A stretch of DNA of 32,000 nucleotides from Sinorhizobium meliloti. Its GTDB lineage: Bacteria; Pseudomonadota; Alphaproteobacteria; Rhizobiales; Rhizobiaceae. The stretch spans positions 1,290,001-1,322,000 of the forward strand of contig NZ_JAGIOS010000003.1 in NCBI RefSeq assembly GCF_017876815.1. Reading direction: 5' to 3'. Position numbers and translations under genes: made by a program. The notes beneath the pieces were generated by a model. It did no database searches. It was not told where the DNA came from and was given only the letters and a program-made list of their open reading frames with translations. This document shows positions 1 through 8,806 of the stretch, in pieces (positions within the stretch are counted from its first letter, which is position 1; each line of letters starts with the position of its first letter).

Positions 1-1017
1 TCGAAGCTCAGCGACCTCATCGAGCGAGCGAAAGGGAAACTGGGTTTGCCGATTGGTGGCGTTGACGTGCAGGTCCATTCCAGAACTCACGAAAGCTCGC
101 GAGGGAAGCGCACCTTTCTCAAGCTCCCGCCCGTCGGGAGACTCGAGTCTTTTGTCCAAGACAATCTCATGCCTCGATTTCGAGAGCAACTCGACGCCGG
201 GGAAGCGGTACTGCGGGCGTCCATCGACGACGATCAGCTTGGTATCGAAGTCGCCATTGATCCATCGAAGTCACCGTACAGTTCCGTCGGCTTCACCGCA
301 TATAACCTTCCAACAATCAAGGATCGAAATCCGCTCTATAGCGCGCTTAAGGAAAAAGCAGAGCAGCTGCATGGCGCAGACGGTATCACCGGCGTGATAC
401 TTGGAGATGGCGACTGCGCCGCACTGGCCGAACGAGAGGCCTCGCAGCACTACGTGTCAGCTGACGCGATCGCCAGAGAGTTGCTGCGTCAATATTCCTC
501 GGTTAACTTCGTTCTCCTGCTTACCATCCGTGAGAAGCGGTGGCACTATTTCCCGCCGAATGATCCCAGACGCCGTGTCCACCCAATTTTGGTATGTAGG
601 GAAGGGGATCCTCTGCGAACGGAACTGGAAGCGATATTCGGCGCGATGCTCGAACAATTCCCACCGCCGGTGATGATGCCAAAGAACGGGTCGCTGCGGG
701 CGCGGGAAAAGGGCTTCGATTCCGGACATCATGGAGCATATCAGTTGGAAGGCTGCAAAATACGAATGAGCTCGCGGGAACTGATGGAGGTTCTCGCCGG
801 GCTGCGAACGCTTGACGACAATGGGGCGCGTAATGTGGAAGCCAGCCGTCGTCTTCCATCGGCACCAAACCCGACGAAGCAGGCTTTTCTCCGCAAACTC
901 CTAGACGGGCGGCTTCCGGTTCGCATCAGTGTTGATGAAACAGGCGAGAACGACAACGATGATTGGATCGAGTTTGAGTTCGGCGAGGCCGATGCGGCGA
1001 TAGCGCCCTTCGAGTGA
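1..1017 (+). CDS. hypothetical protein, 5' end outside the window
   Basis: Frame 1 is open from nt 1 (SKLSDLIERAKGKLGLPIGG...), so the listed Met at 46 is probably internal. It has more than 323 codons of protein-like composition and a TGA stop at 1015-1017. I recognise no family motif. A GDGD...IREKR arrangement is at most a weak PD-(D/E)xK-like hint. Confidence 0.55.
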   Translation, partial: SKLSDLIERAKGKLGLPIGGVDVQVHSRTHESSRGKRTFLKLPPVGRLESFVQDNLMPRFREQLDAGEAVLRASIDDDQLGIEVAIDPSKSPYSSVGFTAYNLPTIKDRNPLYSALKEKAEQLHGADGITGVILGDGDCAALAEREASQHYVSADAIARELLRQYSSVNFVLLLTIREKRWHYFPPNDPRRRVHPILVCREGDPLRTELEAIFGAMLEQFPPPVMMPKNGSLRAREKGFDSGHHGAYQLEGCKIRMSSRELMEVLAGLRTLDDNGARNVEASRRLPSAPNPTKQAFLRKLLDGRLPVRISVDETGENDNDDWIEFEFGEADAAIAPFE

Positions 1018-1459
1018 TATTTCGGCTAGGGTGCTCGGCGCGTGACCTTGCCCCAAGGTGCAGGCCATCGCCGCAGCCGTTCTGGCGTGCTGCGACAACC
1101 GCGTCCAGCTTTAAGGCGCGAATTCCCACCTCGTATGCCCATCGCGAGTGTCTCGGCAAATGGGCGGTACCATCTCTACAGGCTGATCGACTTAACGTCC
1201 CCGGCCTGCGGTCTCCCTGGCACCTTCTAAGACGCCGTCCAGAGGAGCGGCAAGTGATATGGCGATAGCACCGCGGATCTCTCGTGGCCAGCGGCCATAG
1301 GCGTTAGATAGGCCGGACGGGGCCTTGCGCAACAAATGCCTTGCTAACCGGGCCGTTCCACATATGAGGAAGACCCTAATTAGTTCCAAAGCGCCAGGGC
1401 AATCCGCGATCCTCAGCCCAATGAGATTGGCCTGAAGCCGTAATTAGGTCGTTGGCTAG

Positions 1460-3720
1460 TCAGGTTTTCAGATTTTCTAAGCGACGAGGACATCGACTGA
1501 AGGTCCGCGTTCGAAAATGATCCGCCGAGGGCCGGACGTCGTTCGCTCGGAGATTGCGAGCGCGGTGCCGAAGTTTGCATATCCCCCGCTGCTGCCTACT
1601 TTCTCTAGCCTGCTGGGTTGCAGCGATGCGTTCCTCGAAATCACTCTTCTTCCAGTAGAATGCCATTGTCGATGTGAGACCTTCGATTTTCTCGATGTGC
1701 TCCAGCCATTCGCCGACCAATTGCTCTGGATCCTCGTTGCGGCCAATCGAGTTCAAATCAAGCACATCCGCCGCTTCTTCGGTCGCTTGGTCGAAATTGC
1801 TGTAGAACTGGTCGGACATCCCGACCTTGGATGACGCTAGATTTGACGCGAGTGTGGCGAGCTCCATTGCATACTCCCGTTCGGGCGACACGTATCTAAA
1901 GATTTGGAGGCGAAGGTATCTGGCGTAGGCTCGCGCGTGGGGGAGATGGCTGTATCTTCCACCGGCAAGCTCGTCGATTAAAATGGGAAGCTTTCCCTCA
2001 TTTGTCCAAAAAAGCTTCGCAATTCCCCGTTTCCGGAGTGCTTCGCAGATTTCGGTGTCCCCTTTCGCGAGTACGAGGTCGCCAACGAGATCGGCGAGCT
2101 CGTGCAAAGGGAGTCTACCCTCGACATCACCACTGACTAAAGTCTCCAGCAAAGCGTCCGCCACCTTCGCTCGCATCTTGCGGGAGGCTGTTGCAGTCAT
2201 TTTCTTCCATAGAGACAGAGCGCTGGCAATGGATGGCACGCAGCGGGCAAGCGTCGAGAGAACCGTGGTGTCTGCCGTCTCGCGGGACAGGTAGTCCTGT
2301 ACGGAGGGATTGATGAAGTTGGTCCGGCCTCCATCGATCACCACAAACGACGATTTCACCTCGCGAAGCGTATTCGGATCACCGCACGTAGCTCCTCCCT
2401 CGTGATTGCGCCGAATCCCACGACCGCTCGTTCAAAAAACAACCCGAGTGTGTCCATTCTGACGCCAGGCTCGGAGAAGCGCTCCTGCTCGGCGAAGTAC
2501 AAACAATAAAGAAGGATGCGGGCGTTGAGACTGATGTGCTGCCTGAAGGCCTTGTCCCAGATCTTGTCCGGGTGTTCGAGGGTCTGCAGAAAAACTTTCG
2601 GATATTCGGACGGAGGTACGTCGCGCGGTCTAATCTCGTCAGTCATCCATTGGATGATGCGCGGCATGTAGTTGCGATGATCCACGATCTGACGCACCGA
2701 ATCGCCTGCCAGGAGGGCCTGTATCGAATCCTGATCGATTTCCGAATGGTACAGATGATTGTAGAGGATCCGCGCCTTCAGTTCCCTGGTATAGGTCGCA
2801 AGGTTCAGCACCATTTCCGACACCTCGACCTTCTGGTCGTCGAGTGCCTCGGATAGCGCCCGGGCAGCCTCCAGGATGTAGGCGCGCGTCGTGAGGATAA
2901 GTCGTTTTCCTTTGTCCTTGTGGATCATGGACATGAAGCGCACAATTCGCCCGTCGTCTCGCGCCAGTGACGCGGGATCGAGCCTGATTTTGCCGAGAAA
3001 ATCGTCAAAGACGAATACTTGCCGATTGCAGCGTTGGAAGGCGCGAAAACCGTCCTCGATAGAAGTGATCGAGACCAGTTCCCAACCCTCGTCGCTGTAC
3101 TCCGCTGCGAGAACCTGGGCCAACGTCGTCTTGCCGACACCTGGTGGCCCGGAAACAATCAAGCAATGGGTTGGCTCAAGGATCTCAGCGGATTTATTGA
3201 GACTTGGATTGACGACGAAGACTTTTAGAATTCGCTCGATTTCATCGTAGGTAGCCTCCGTGAAAACTGCGATGTCGTTCTTCAGCAATCTGTCGAGCAC
3301 CGCGGCGCTGGACAACCATAGTTTGATATTCCTCTTTTCGACGTCGGTGTTTGAGCTCCACGCGGCCCCAGATATTCGATGCGGCCACCGAAGGGTGATC
3401 CAGGAGCGTAACAAGCGTCTTCTTCCGCGCTGGCGTAAGAGCCTGAGAGGTAAGAAGGTAGTAATCGGACGGCTTCAGCTTGGCGACGTTGCTCTTCTCA
3501 CTCTTGACGGCCTTCTGAAGATCCGACCATGTGCTGTTCTTATAGTGCTGGCTTGAAGGATGATGTCGCCATTCGCTCGGCCATGCCGCCCATCTATTCC
3601 ACCATCAGCGCCTTCGGAAAACCTTTCAAACCTGAGACCTGTTTCCACCGACACCAGATCCATGCAAAGCCCCTCGAACTCGATCGGTGACAGGTTGGCG
3701 AAATCGTATCGTTCAGGCAT
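1460..3720 (-). pseudogene. Mrr-like (Mrr_cat, PD-(D/E)xK) nuclease fused to a P-loop NTPase and a C-terminal helical domain; broken by three 1-nt frameshifts
   Basis: ORFs 3475-3750, 2356-3414 and 1460-2359 join into one ~763 aa protein if 1-nt shifts are allowed near 3546-3553, 3350-3352 and 2357-2361. The N-terminus reads LSPIEFEGLCMDLV...GADGGIDGRH..IILQA. It continues in another frame as HYKNSTWSDLQKAVKSEKSNVAKLKPSDYYLLTSQALTPARKK, the Mrr_cat signature. Walker A GPPGVGKT lies at 3127-3150 and Walker B is VFVFDDF. The C-terminal part begins FVVIDGGRTNFINPSVQDYL. A GGAG sits 8 nt upstream of the ATG at 3720. Confidence 0.75.
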
Positions 3721-4330
3721 GGAAACCACTCCAATAAGGTACTCGTGCAATGCTACTGATAACTCTGAACCAGTCTACCGTTCGGCCCTGGTTACGGCTG
3801 CCAGACCCCGGCCTTCCCCCAACTAAAATTCCCTACGGCGAGAGCGCTCGACACCACTGGCACCGAAATAGGGCAGGCCGCTCAATCGAAGTCATACCGC
3901 GATCAATACGTGAATATCCCGCCGAACAATCTCTCACGGTCGCTTGTGATTGGGGTCACGTTCGACGCCGACGAACTGGAGGGGACGCTGGCCGCGCAAG
4001 ATGCCATTCGCACGACGGGTGAATGCGCGAGCAGGCGGCGGCCTGCGTCGCCGTCTATTGGGGAGAGGAGGATAATAGCGAGGAGGATGAAGGGCCCGAA
4101 GGCTCGCCGGATGTGCGGTAGACGCATGGAAAACAGTATGGGCTGATCTCGCCAGCAAGCTCGAATACAGAGAACAGGAAAAGGCAGAAGGCCAGAACAA
4201 CAGAAAACCAGAAAGCCCGTTTTGCGGTTTACTGTTTTTCCCGAAACACAGATACACAGAAAGCCTGCTTGTGTGTTGCGAACAAAGTCTGGAACCAATT
4301 TTGATGGCGTCTCAAAAGCGTCCGAGAAGC

Positions 4331-4729
4331 TCACTCGTCCTTTTGATCTAGAAGTCCACCGATAGTCTCGAGACCCTTATTCGCAGAGGTCATGGCCAGT
4401 TGCTTGCTCGCGTCACTGCATGGCTCAGGGCCGCTCATCAATCTCTCCATGTCGTTCTTTGCCTTCACTGCGGCGCTTCTAATCAAGTCTTCGCCAAGTG
4501 AAATATCGTCACCACTTAGCCCCGCTATGCCCAACATAGCGAGATCGCGGCGCTTGACAAACTCCGGGTCGGATTGATCGCCAGTACACTTCTTGTACCA
4601 GATACCCAGAGAGAACACGTATGAAACCGAATTCAGCGCGTGCCTGTAGCGCTTCTCGCTGTCTAGCGGATTTTCCGCCCTTGCAGACGTTGCAACTGTG
4701 ATCATTAAACCAAAGAGAAGGTACCGCAT
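4331..4729 (-). CDS. small secreted/periplasmic protein of unknown function
   Basis: 132 aa ORF with an N-terminal signal-peptide-like segment, MRYLLFGLMITVATSARA|ENP (AxA site). The mature part is hydrophilic and helical with two Cys. No family recognised. Confidence 0.55.
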   Translation of the reverse strand: MRYLLFGLMITVATSARAENPLDSEKRYRHALNSVSYVFSLGIWYKKCTGDQSDPEFVKRRDLAMLGIAGLSGDDISLGEDLIRSAAVKAKNDMERLMSGPEPCSDASKQLAMTSANKGLETIGGLLDQKDE

Positions 4730-4810
4730 TTCAACTCCAAGCTACGCAGGGTGCCTAGCACTTACCTCCACGGGTGAGCAACCAAGTTCGATTGCAGTGG
4801 AAAAACATTT

Positions 4811-5230
4811 TCAGCCCTCCCGTTGCCGCTCCAACTCGTTCAGCCGTTCTTGCACCTTTCGTGCAAAGTCCGCCTTGGCCCGTTCCTTGTCTTTCGCACG
4901 GAATGCACGCGCAGCTTCGAAATCAATGCGGTATTGTCGGACTGTCGCGGAAATTCGATCCCACTGCTTTGCGATGACAACGAGGATCACCAGCGCGACA
5001 AAAGCATTCCCTCCCAATACGGCTAGGTCAATGTATTCCTGCTGCTTTGCCAACTTGCTGTTATAGCTGTCGTATCCGCGTTGGAGGCATCTCTGATGTG
5101 CCTTGCCGGTCTGTTGGATTTCTTCGTCCGTCTTGGCACGATTGTAGGCTTCGCCGCTCGGGTCGCAAATGATCTCGATGTTTTTGTAGGGCGGATCGTA
5201 CTCCGCATTGATGCCTAGCCAATTGCTCAT
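4811..5230 (-). CDS. single-pass membrane protein with a charged coiled-coil tail, unknown function
   Basis: 139 aa ORF with one hydrophobic helix, LAVLGGNAFVALVILVVIA. This is followed by a K/R/E-rich tail (RAFRAKDKERAKADFARKVQERLNELERQ). It is on the same strand as 4331-4729 and 81 nt upstream of it. Confidence 0.55.
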   Translation of the reverse strand: MSNWLGINAEYDPPYKNIEIICDPSGEAYNRAKTDEEIQQTGKAHQRCLQRGYDSYNSKLAKQQEYIDLAVLGGNAFVALVILVVIAKQWDRISATVRQYRIDFEAARAFRAKDKERAKADFARKVQERLNELERQREG

Positions 5231-5710
5231 GTGCCCCCCTTAACCATTCATAGATCGCCTTATAAGCAAAATCGGAAAATCTGCCTGCAACTCAACCGGA
5301 ATCGCTCAGTTGTATTACCTCGAATAAATGGCCCCATCTTTCGATCACAGCATTGAATGGGGAAGGGTAAGGGGGCCAAGAGCAGGTGAAGGCATGCAAA
5401 TGCGCCTAGCTCTCTGGTGAAGTTGGAGTAGGCGTGTCGATTACCGGGTTCACGACAAGTCGGATGTCCTCGGCTGTGTAGATCATGAAACCTCCTCGAA
5501 GGTTTGCATGGGTCACCATGCCACCGAATACGAGATGGAGTGGCCGGTCATCGTCTTGCCGCTCCGCTCCAGCCATCCGGAACACCAATTTCGCCGTGAT
5601 GTTTCGAATAAGCGCTCAGCGAAGCCCGGCTGACAGGGCGATGTGACCCTGTTCGCCGTCGGTCAAAATGCAGGTATCCGATGCGCATCTTTGAGAGTCG
5701 ACCCAGAATT

Positions 5711-6742
5711 CTATTTCTTTGCCAGAACAGAACCACGCCGTCGTCTCGCCTCCTCGTGCATGTTGACGGGCGTCGCTGCGAGAACGCGGGTGACCAGCGA
5801 CGTGAGAAAACGGGCCGGTGAGAGGTCATCTGGCGTACGCTCTTCGAGGATCGATACCCTAGGCAGGGCCCTGACGATACTCTCGACCGTGCTTTCCGCA
5901 AGGTGCGCGATCTCACTCTCGTCTCGATCCGTTATCGGCTGCGGGCCGGGCTCCAATATGCCGTCGCTGGGTTCTTCCTCGTCGACTGCCGGTAGTATTT
6001 GATCAGTTGAATATTCCATCAACACCAGGCATGTGGAGTGATACGCGTCGTCCTCGCGGCCAAGCTTGGACAAAAGGTCGAACAACCACTCTGCCGTCTT
6101 GGGCTCCTTCTCCAGGATGTCCGAGCGCAGGCCGAACAAGAACCCCAGGGCCGCCAGCGGGTGGCGCAGGCGAAGATTCTTGGCGTCGCCATAAGACTCC
6201 TCGATGCGGTTCGGCGCATTTTTTCCATAGGAAGAATCCATTCGCTTCGTCGAAATCAACAATTCCGGGCCGGTCACCCAATCGGTGATGATGACATCTA
6301 CCTGTTTCAGGTAGTTTTTGCCGAGAATCGAAGCCGAAGAGGAGGTAACGCTCGGAATGGACGTGTTCGATATCAAATGGGATTGCGCCTTGGCTCGAAT
6401 CGCCGTGGGAAGTGACTTGACGAATGCCGCGACAGGCGCAGGAAGAACGCGTGGGCTTGACGGTCTTGGCCAGACTTGGTCCGCGCCGAAACCAGCCCTG
6501 CGAAGTTCATAGCTGAGCCAGACATCCAGGGCGAGTGCAGGAACTCCCGTCTGAGTTCCGACTTTCAGGTGGAGCGGGACGCCGAGCAGAAGCGCAAGGG
6601 TGTCGTAGTCGGGACGGAAGGTCGGCTGGCCGTCCGATCCAAGAACCCATGGATTGCTGTGTTCTCCGCCAGGTGCGGCAGCTTCGACGATGTGATCAAA
6701 GATTTCCCACGCTTCTGCTTTCGAACTTGGTTTAGCGGCCAC
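5711..6742 (-). CDS. putative Type II restriction endonuclease (PD-(D/E)xK-like), partner of the upstream MTase
   Basis: 343 aa ORF. Its GTG start at 6740-6742 overlaps the MTase 3' end by 11 nt, suggesting translational coupling. The candidate catalytic core is VDVIITDW..GPELLISTKRM (D...S-T-K), followed by NRIEESYGDAKNL. The function is inferred mainly from position. Confidence 0.6.
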   Translation of the reverse strand: MAAKPSSKAEAWEIFDHIVEAAAPGGEHSNPWVLGSDGQPTFRPDYDTLALLLGVPLHLKVGTQTGVPALALDVWLSYELRRAGFGADQVWPRPSSPRVLPAPVAAFVKSLPTAIRAKAQSHLISNTSIPSVTSSSASILGKNYLKQVDVIITDWVTGPELLISTKRMDSSYGKNAPNRIEESYGDAKNLRLRHPLAALGFLFGLRSDILEKEPKTAEWLFDLLSKLGREDDAYHSTCLVLMEYSTDQILPAVDEEEPSDGILEPGPQPITDRDESEIAHLAESTVESIVRALPRVSILEERTPDDLSPARFLTSLVTRVLAATPVNMHEEARRRRGSVLAKK

Positions 6743-8414
6743 TTGCTGCCCTCAAATTACGACGGTTCGCCAGTTCCGAGCGAGCATTTCGCACAGCTGC
6801 CATCTGCGTCGCCGAAACTTCGCCATCGCCCAGCAGCACCTGGTCAACGATGTTGACGGCGTCGAGCAGCCTCCCCTTGTCCAGGAGCTTCGCAACGCTT
6901 CGCTTGAGGTTGCGAAGCTTATCGGCGCGAGACGCAACCAGGGTCGGGGAAGGCATGGCCCAAACGTCGGCTTCCTTTGGCTCGATTTTCAGGATCCCGC
7001 CTCCATAGGCGCGGCCAACCATTTCGGCATGCAGCAAGGTAATCGAGTTCAAGCTGGCGACAGGGAGGAGCGCGCGGCCCAGCGCCCTATATGCCTCGTT
7101 CAGGTAAATCCCATGCACCGAATTGAGGTGACGGGCCCTGGCCGCGTTTTCCGTGATCCGGGGCGTGTCCGCGTTCATGCATGTCAGCAGAAGGTCCGCG
7201 GGCGGAACAAGTGGCACCCGATACCAGGTCTTGCGAACCCGGCATTTATAGGCGGTGTCGACGCCTGTCCTGTGGCCATCGGCAATATATGCTGCCGCAG
7301 CTTTGGAAGGCGGGTCGGTTGGATAGAAAAGGTGAATCGCGTTACCGCCCTCGCCAAGCTTCCTCAACTGGGCACTCGAAAGCGAGAGGCCTCGCAAATG
7401 GGAACTTCCTGGCGGTGACACGCTGAGGAGCTCGTCGGGGCGAAGTCCAAGCTCGGCTACGCGCTGGGGGGACAGCGTGAAGTATCTGTTGTTCCCGGTT
7501 ACCATCCCGAGCGTCGTGTCGCCCCAACTCTCCAGGTTTGTGTAGAGGCCCGTTTCGCATAGGGACTGCAAAAGATGCACCGCCTCGACGTCGATGAGAC
7601 TGCTAGTCCACTTGGCCGCCGGGTCGGCCGGTGTCCACGTCTGTCCAGGACCGAGCGTGTCGAGCGTCGCTGCGTTCTTCGTCTGGCGAACGGTTGCGTG
7701 ATCAGTCGGCCCCTCAAGGTACCCATCCGCAAGAAGAAGCACGACATCCGCTTCCGCCTCAGGGAACACTTGCTCGTCGAACAATACGAGCTGCACGTCT
7801 CGGAATCGACTAAACAGGAACTTGCGAACGGGAGCGGCGTAGTTCACCGAAAGCAGTTCGGCGGGAAGGACGAAGGCCAGGCGGCCGCCGGGCTGAAGGA
7901 ACAACGCCGAGTGCACGGTGAATGCAGCCCAACTCGATGCGAGCCCGGTCAGTGAGATGCCACCCCTGATGGCCGCCGCGCGCGCACGCGCGCGAGCTTC
8001 CCCGGTAAAATCCTGGTATCGAATATAGGGAGGATTCCCGATGACAACGTCGAACTCCGGGTGGGGCTCGACGGAAAAGAAGTCGGATAGCTGGATATCA
8101 GCCTTGCCCCCGGCATCCGAGACCCGCTTGCGGGCTACGTCTGCGCTGTGGGCGTGTATTTCCACGCCGTGGACCGTCGGGGGGCTGCTCCTGCGTAGAG
8201 CGAGTTCACGGAGGCGATCGACGGCGGAAACCAGGAATGCGGCGTCGCCCGCCGAAGGCTCGAGTACGCGATCGTTAGGAGCGCGAATGGCCCATTTGGA
8301 AATGAAACGGGTAATCTCTGCGGGTGTGAAAAAAGCGCCTCTCTCCTTGCGGAGAACGGGAGTGTCGATAGGGTCGCTGTGGGTAACGAAAGTCACGTCT
8401 GGCTCCCGAATCAT
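6732..8414 (-). CDS. gamma-class N6-adenine DNA methyltransferase (Eco57I/TaqI-like)
   Basis: 560 aa. The N-terminus contains RGAFFTP, motif I is VLEPSAGDAAFL, and motif IV is VIGNPPY (NPPY codons at 8024-8035). A long C-terminal target-recognition region follows. The order I, then IV, then TRD defines the gamma class. Confidence 0.9.
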   Translation of the reverse strand: MIREPDVTFVTHSDPIDTPVLRKERGAFFTPAEITRFISKWAIRAPNDRVLEPSAGDAAFLVSAVDRLRELALRRSSPPTVHGVEIHAHSADVARKRVSDAGGKADIQLSDFFSVEPHPEFDVVIGNPPYIRYQDFTGEARARARAAAIRGGISLTGLASSWAAFTVHSALFLQPGGRLAFVLPAELLSVNYAAPVRKFLFSRFRDVQLVLFDEQVFPEAEADVVLLLADGYLEGPTDHATVRQTKNAATLDTLGPGQTWTPADPAAKWTSSLIDVEAVHLLQSLCETGLYTNLESWGDTTLGMVTGNNRYFTLSPQRVAELGLRPDELLSVSPPGSSHLRGLSLSSAQLRKLGEGGNAIHLFYPTDPPSKAAAAYIADGHRTGVDTAYKCRVRKTWYRVPLVPPADLLLTCMNADTPRITENAARARHLNSVHGIYLNEAYRALGRALLPVASLNSITLLHAEMVGRAYGGGILKIEPKEADVWAMPSPTLVASRADKLRNLKRSVAKLLDKGRLLDAVNIVDQVLLGDGEVSATQMAAVRNARSELANRRNLRAASGR

Positions 8415-8806
8415 GCACTCATTGGTTCGCTCTCTTGTTGGTTACCTATCCTATACAGATAAATTTCTGTCTACTCTTTGTTCTTATTTTTAACGTCTCG
8501 ATCGAGAGGGAAATAGGGAAATTGCGACAAGCCATTGCGTGGCAAGGGCTATTCCATCCGGAACCATAAGGCGCCAACATCGAGGCTGCCCAATCCGTTA
8601 GATTGAAGCGCTCGGCGCTTTAGGGGTCGCGGGTTCTGATCCATTCAAGGCGAGAGATGAAAGTCGGCTCTGGGGCCGGAAGCTATCAGTCGGCTTTCGG
8701 AGCACATTAGGCTGAAGCGGACATTCCGCAGGCGTGCCGTGTCGGACAGAAATGCGCTTGTGCTCTAGCGCGAAACCGACCATCTAGGTGAACAGAGATC
8801 GGATCG

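Noticed and set aside
1460-3750. Programmed ribosomal frameshifting as an explanation for the three-ORF nuclease-NTPase gene
   Set aside because: The shifts are of opposite sign, occur at unremarkable 2-3 nt runs without slippery heptamers or downstream structures, and pass through an in-frame stop. Mutation or sequencing error is the simpler explanation.
3903-4334. 143 aa ORF with a GTG start overlapping the stop of 4331-4729 (GTGA), with two hydrophobic stretches
   Set aside because: It is Cys-rich with odd composition. It spans a purine-rich, AT-richer tract (4140-4330) that looks non-coding. Overlapping ORFs in other frames are equally long. The support is not enough to call it a gene.
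8623-8645. tRNA-like T-arm sequence GGTCGCGGGTTCTGATCC in the MTase/STAND intergenic region, a possible integration att remnant
   Set aside because: The sequence after the TTCTGAT loop (CCATT) does not pair with GCGGG, and no acceptor stem or other arms can be drawn. It is not a tRNA or a convincing tRNA fragment.
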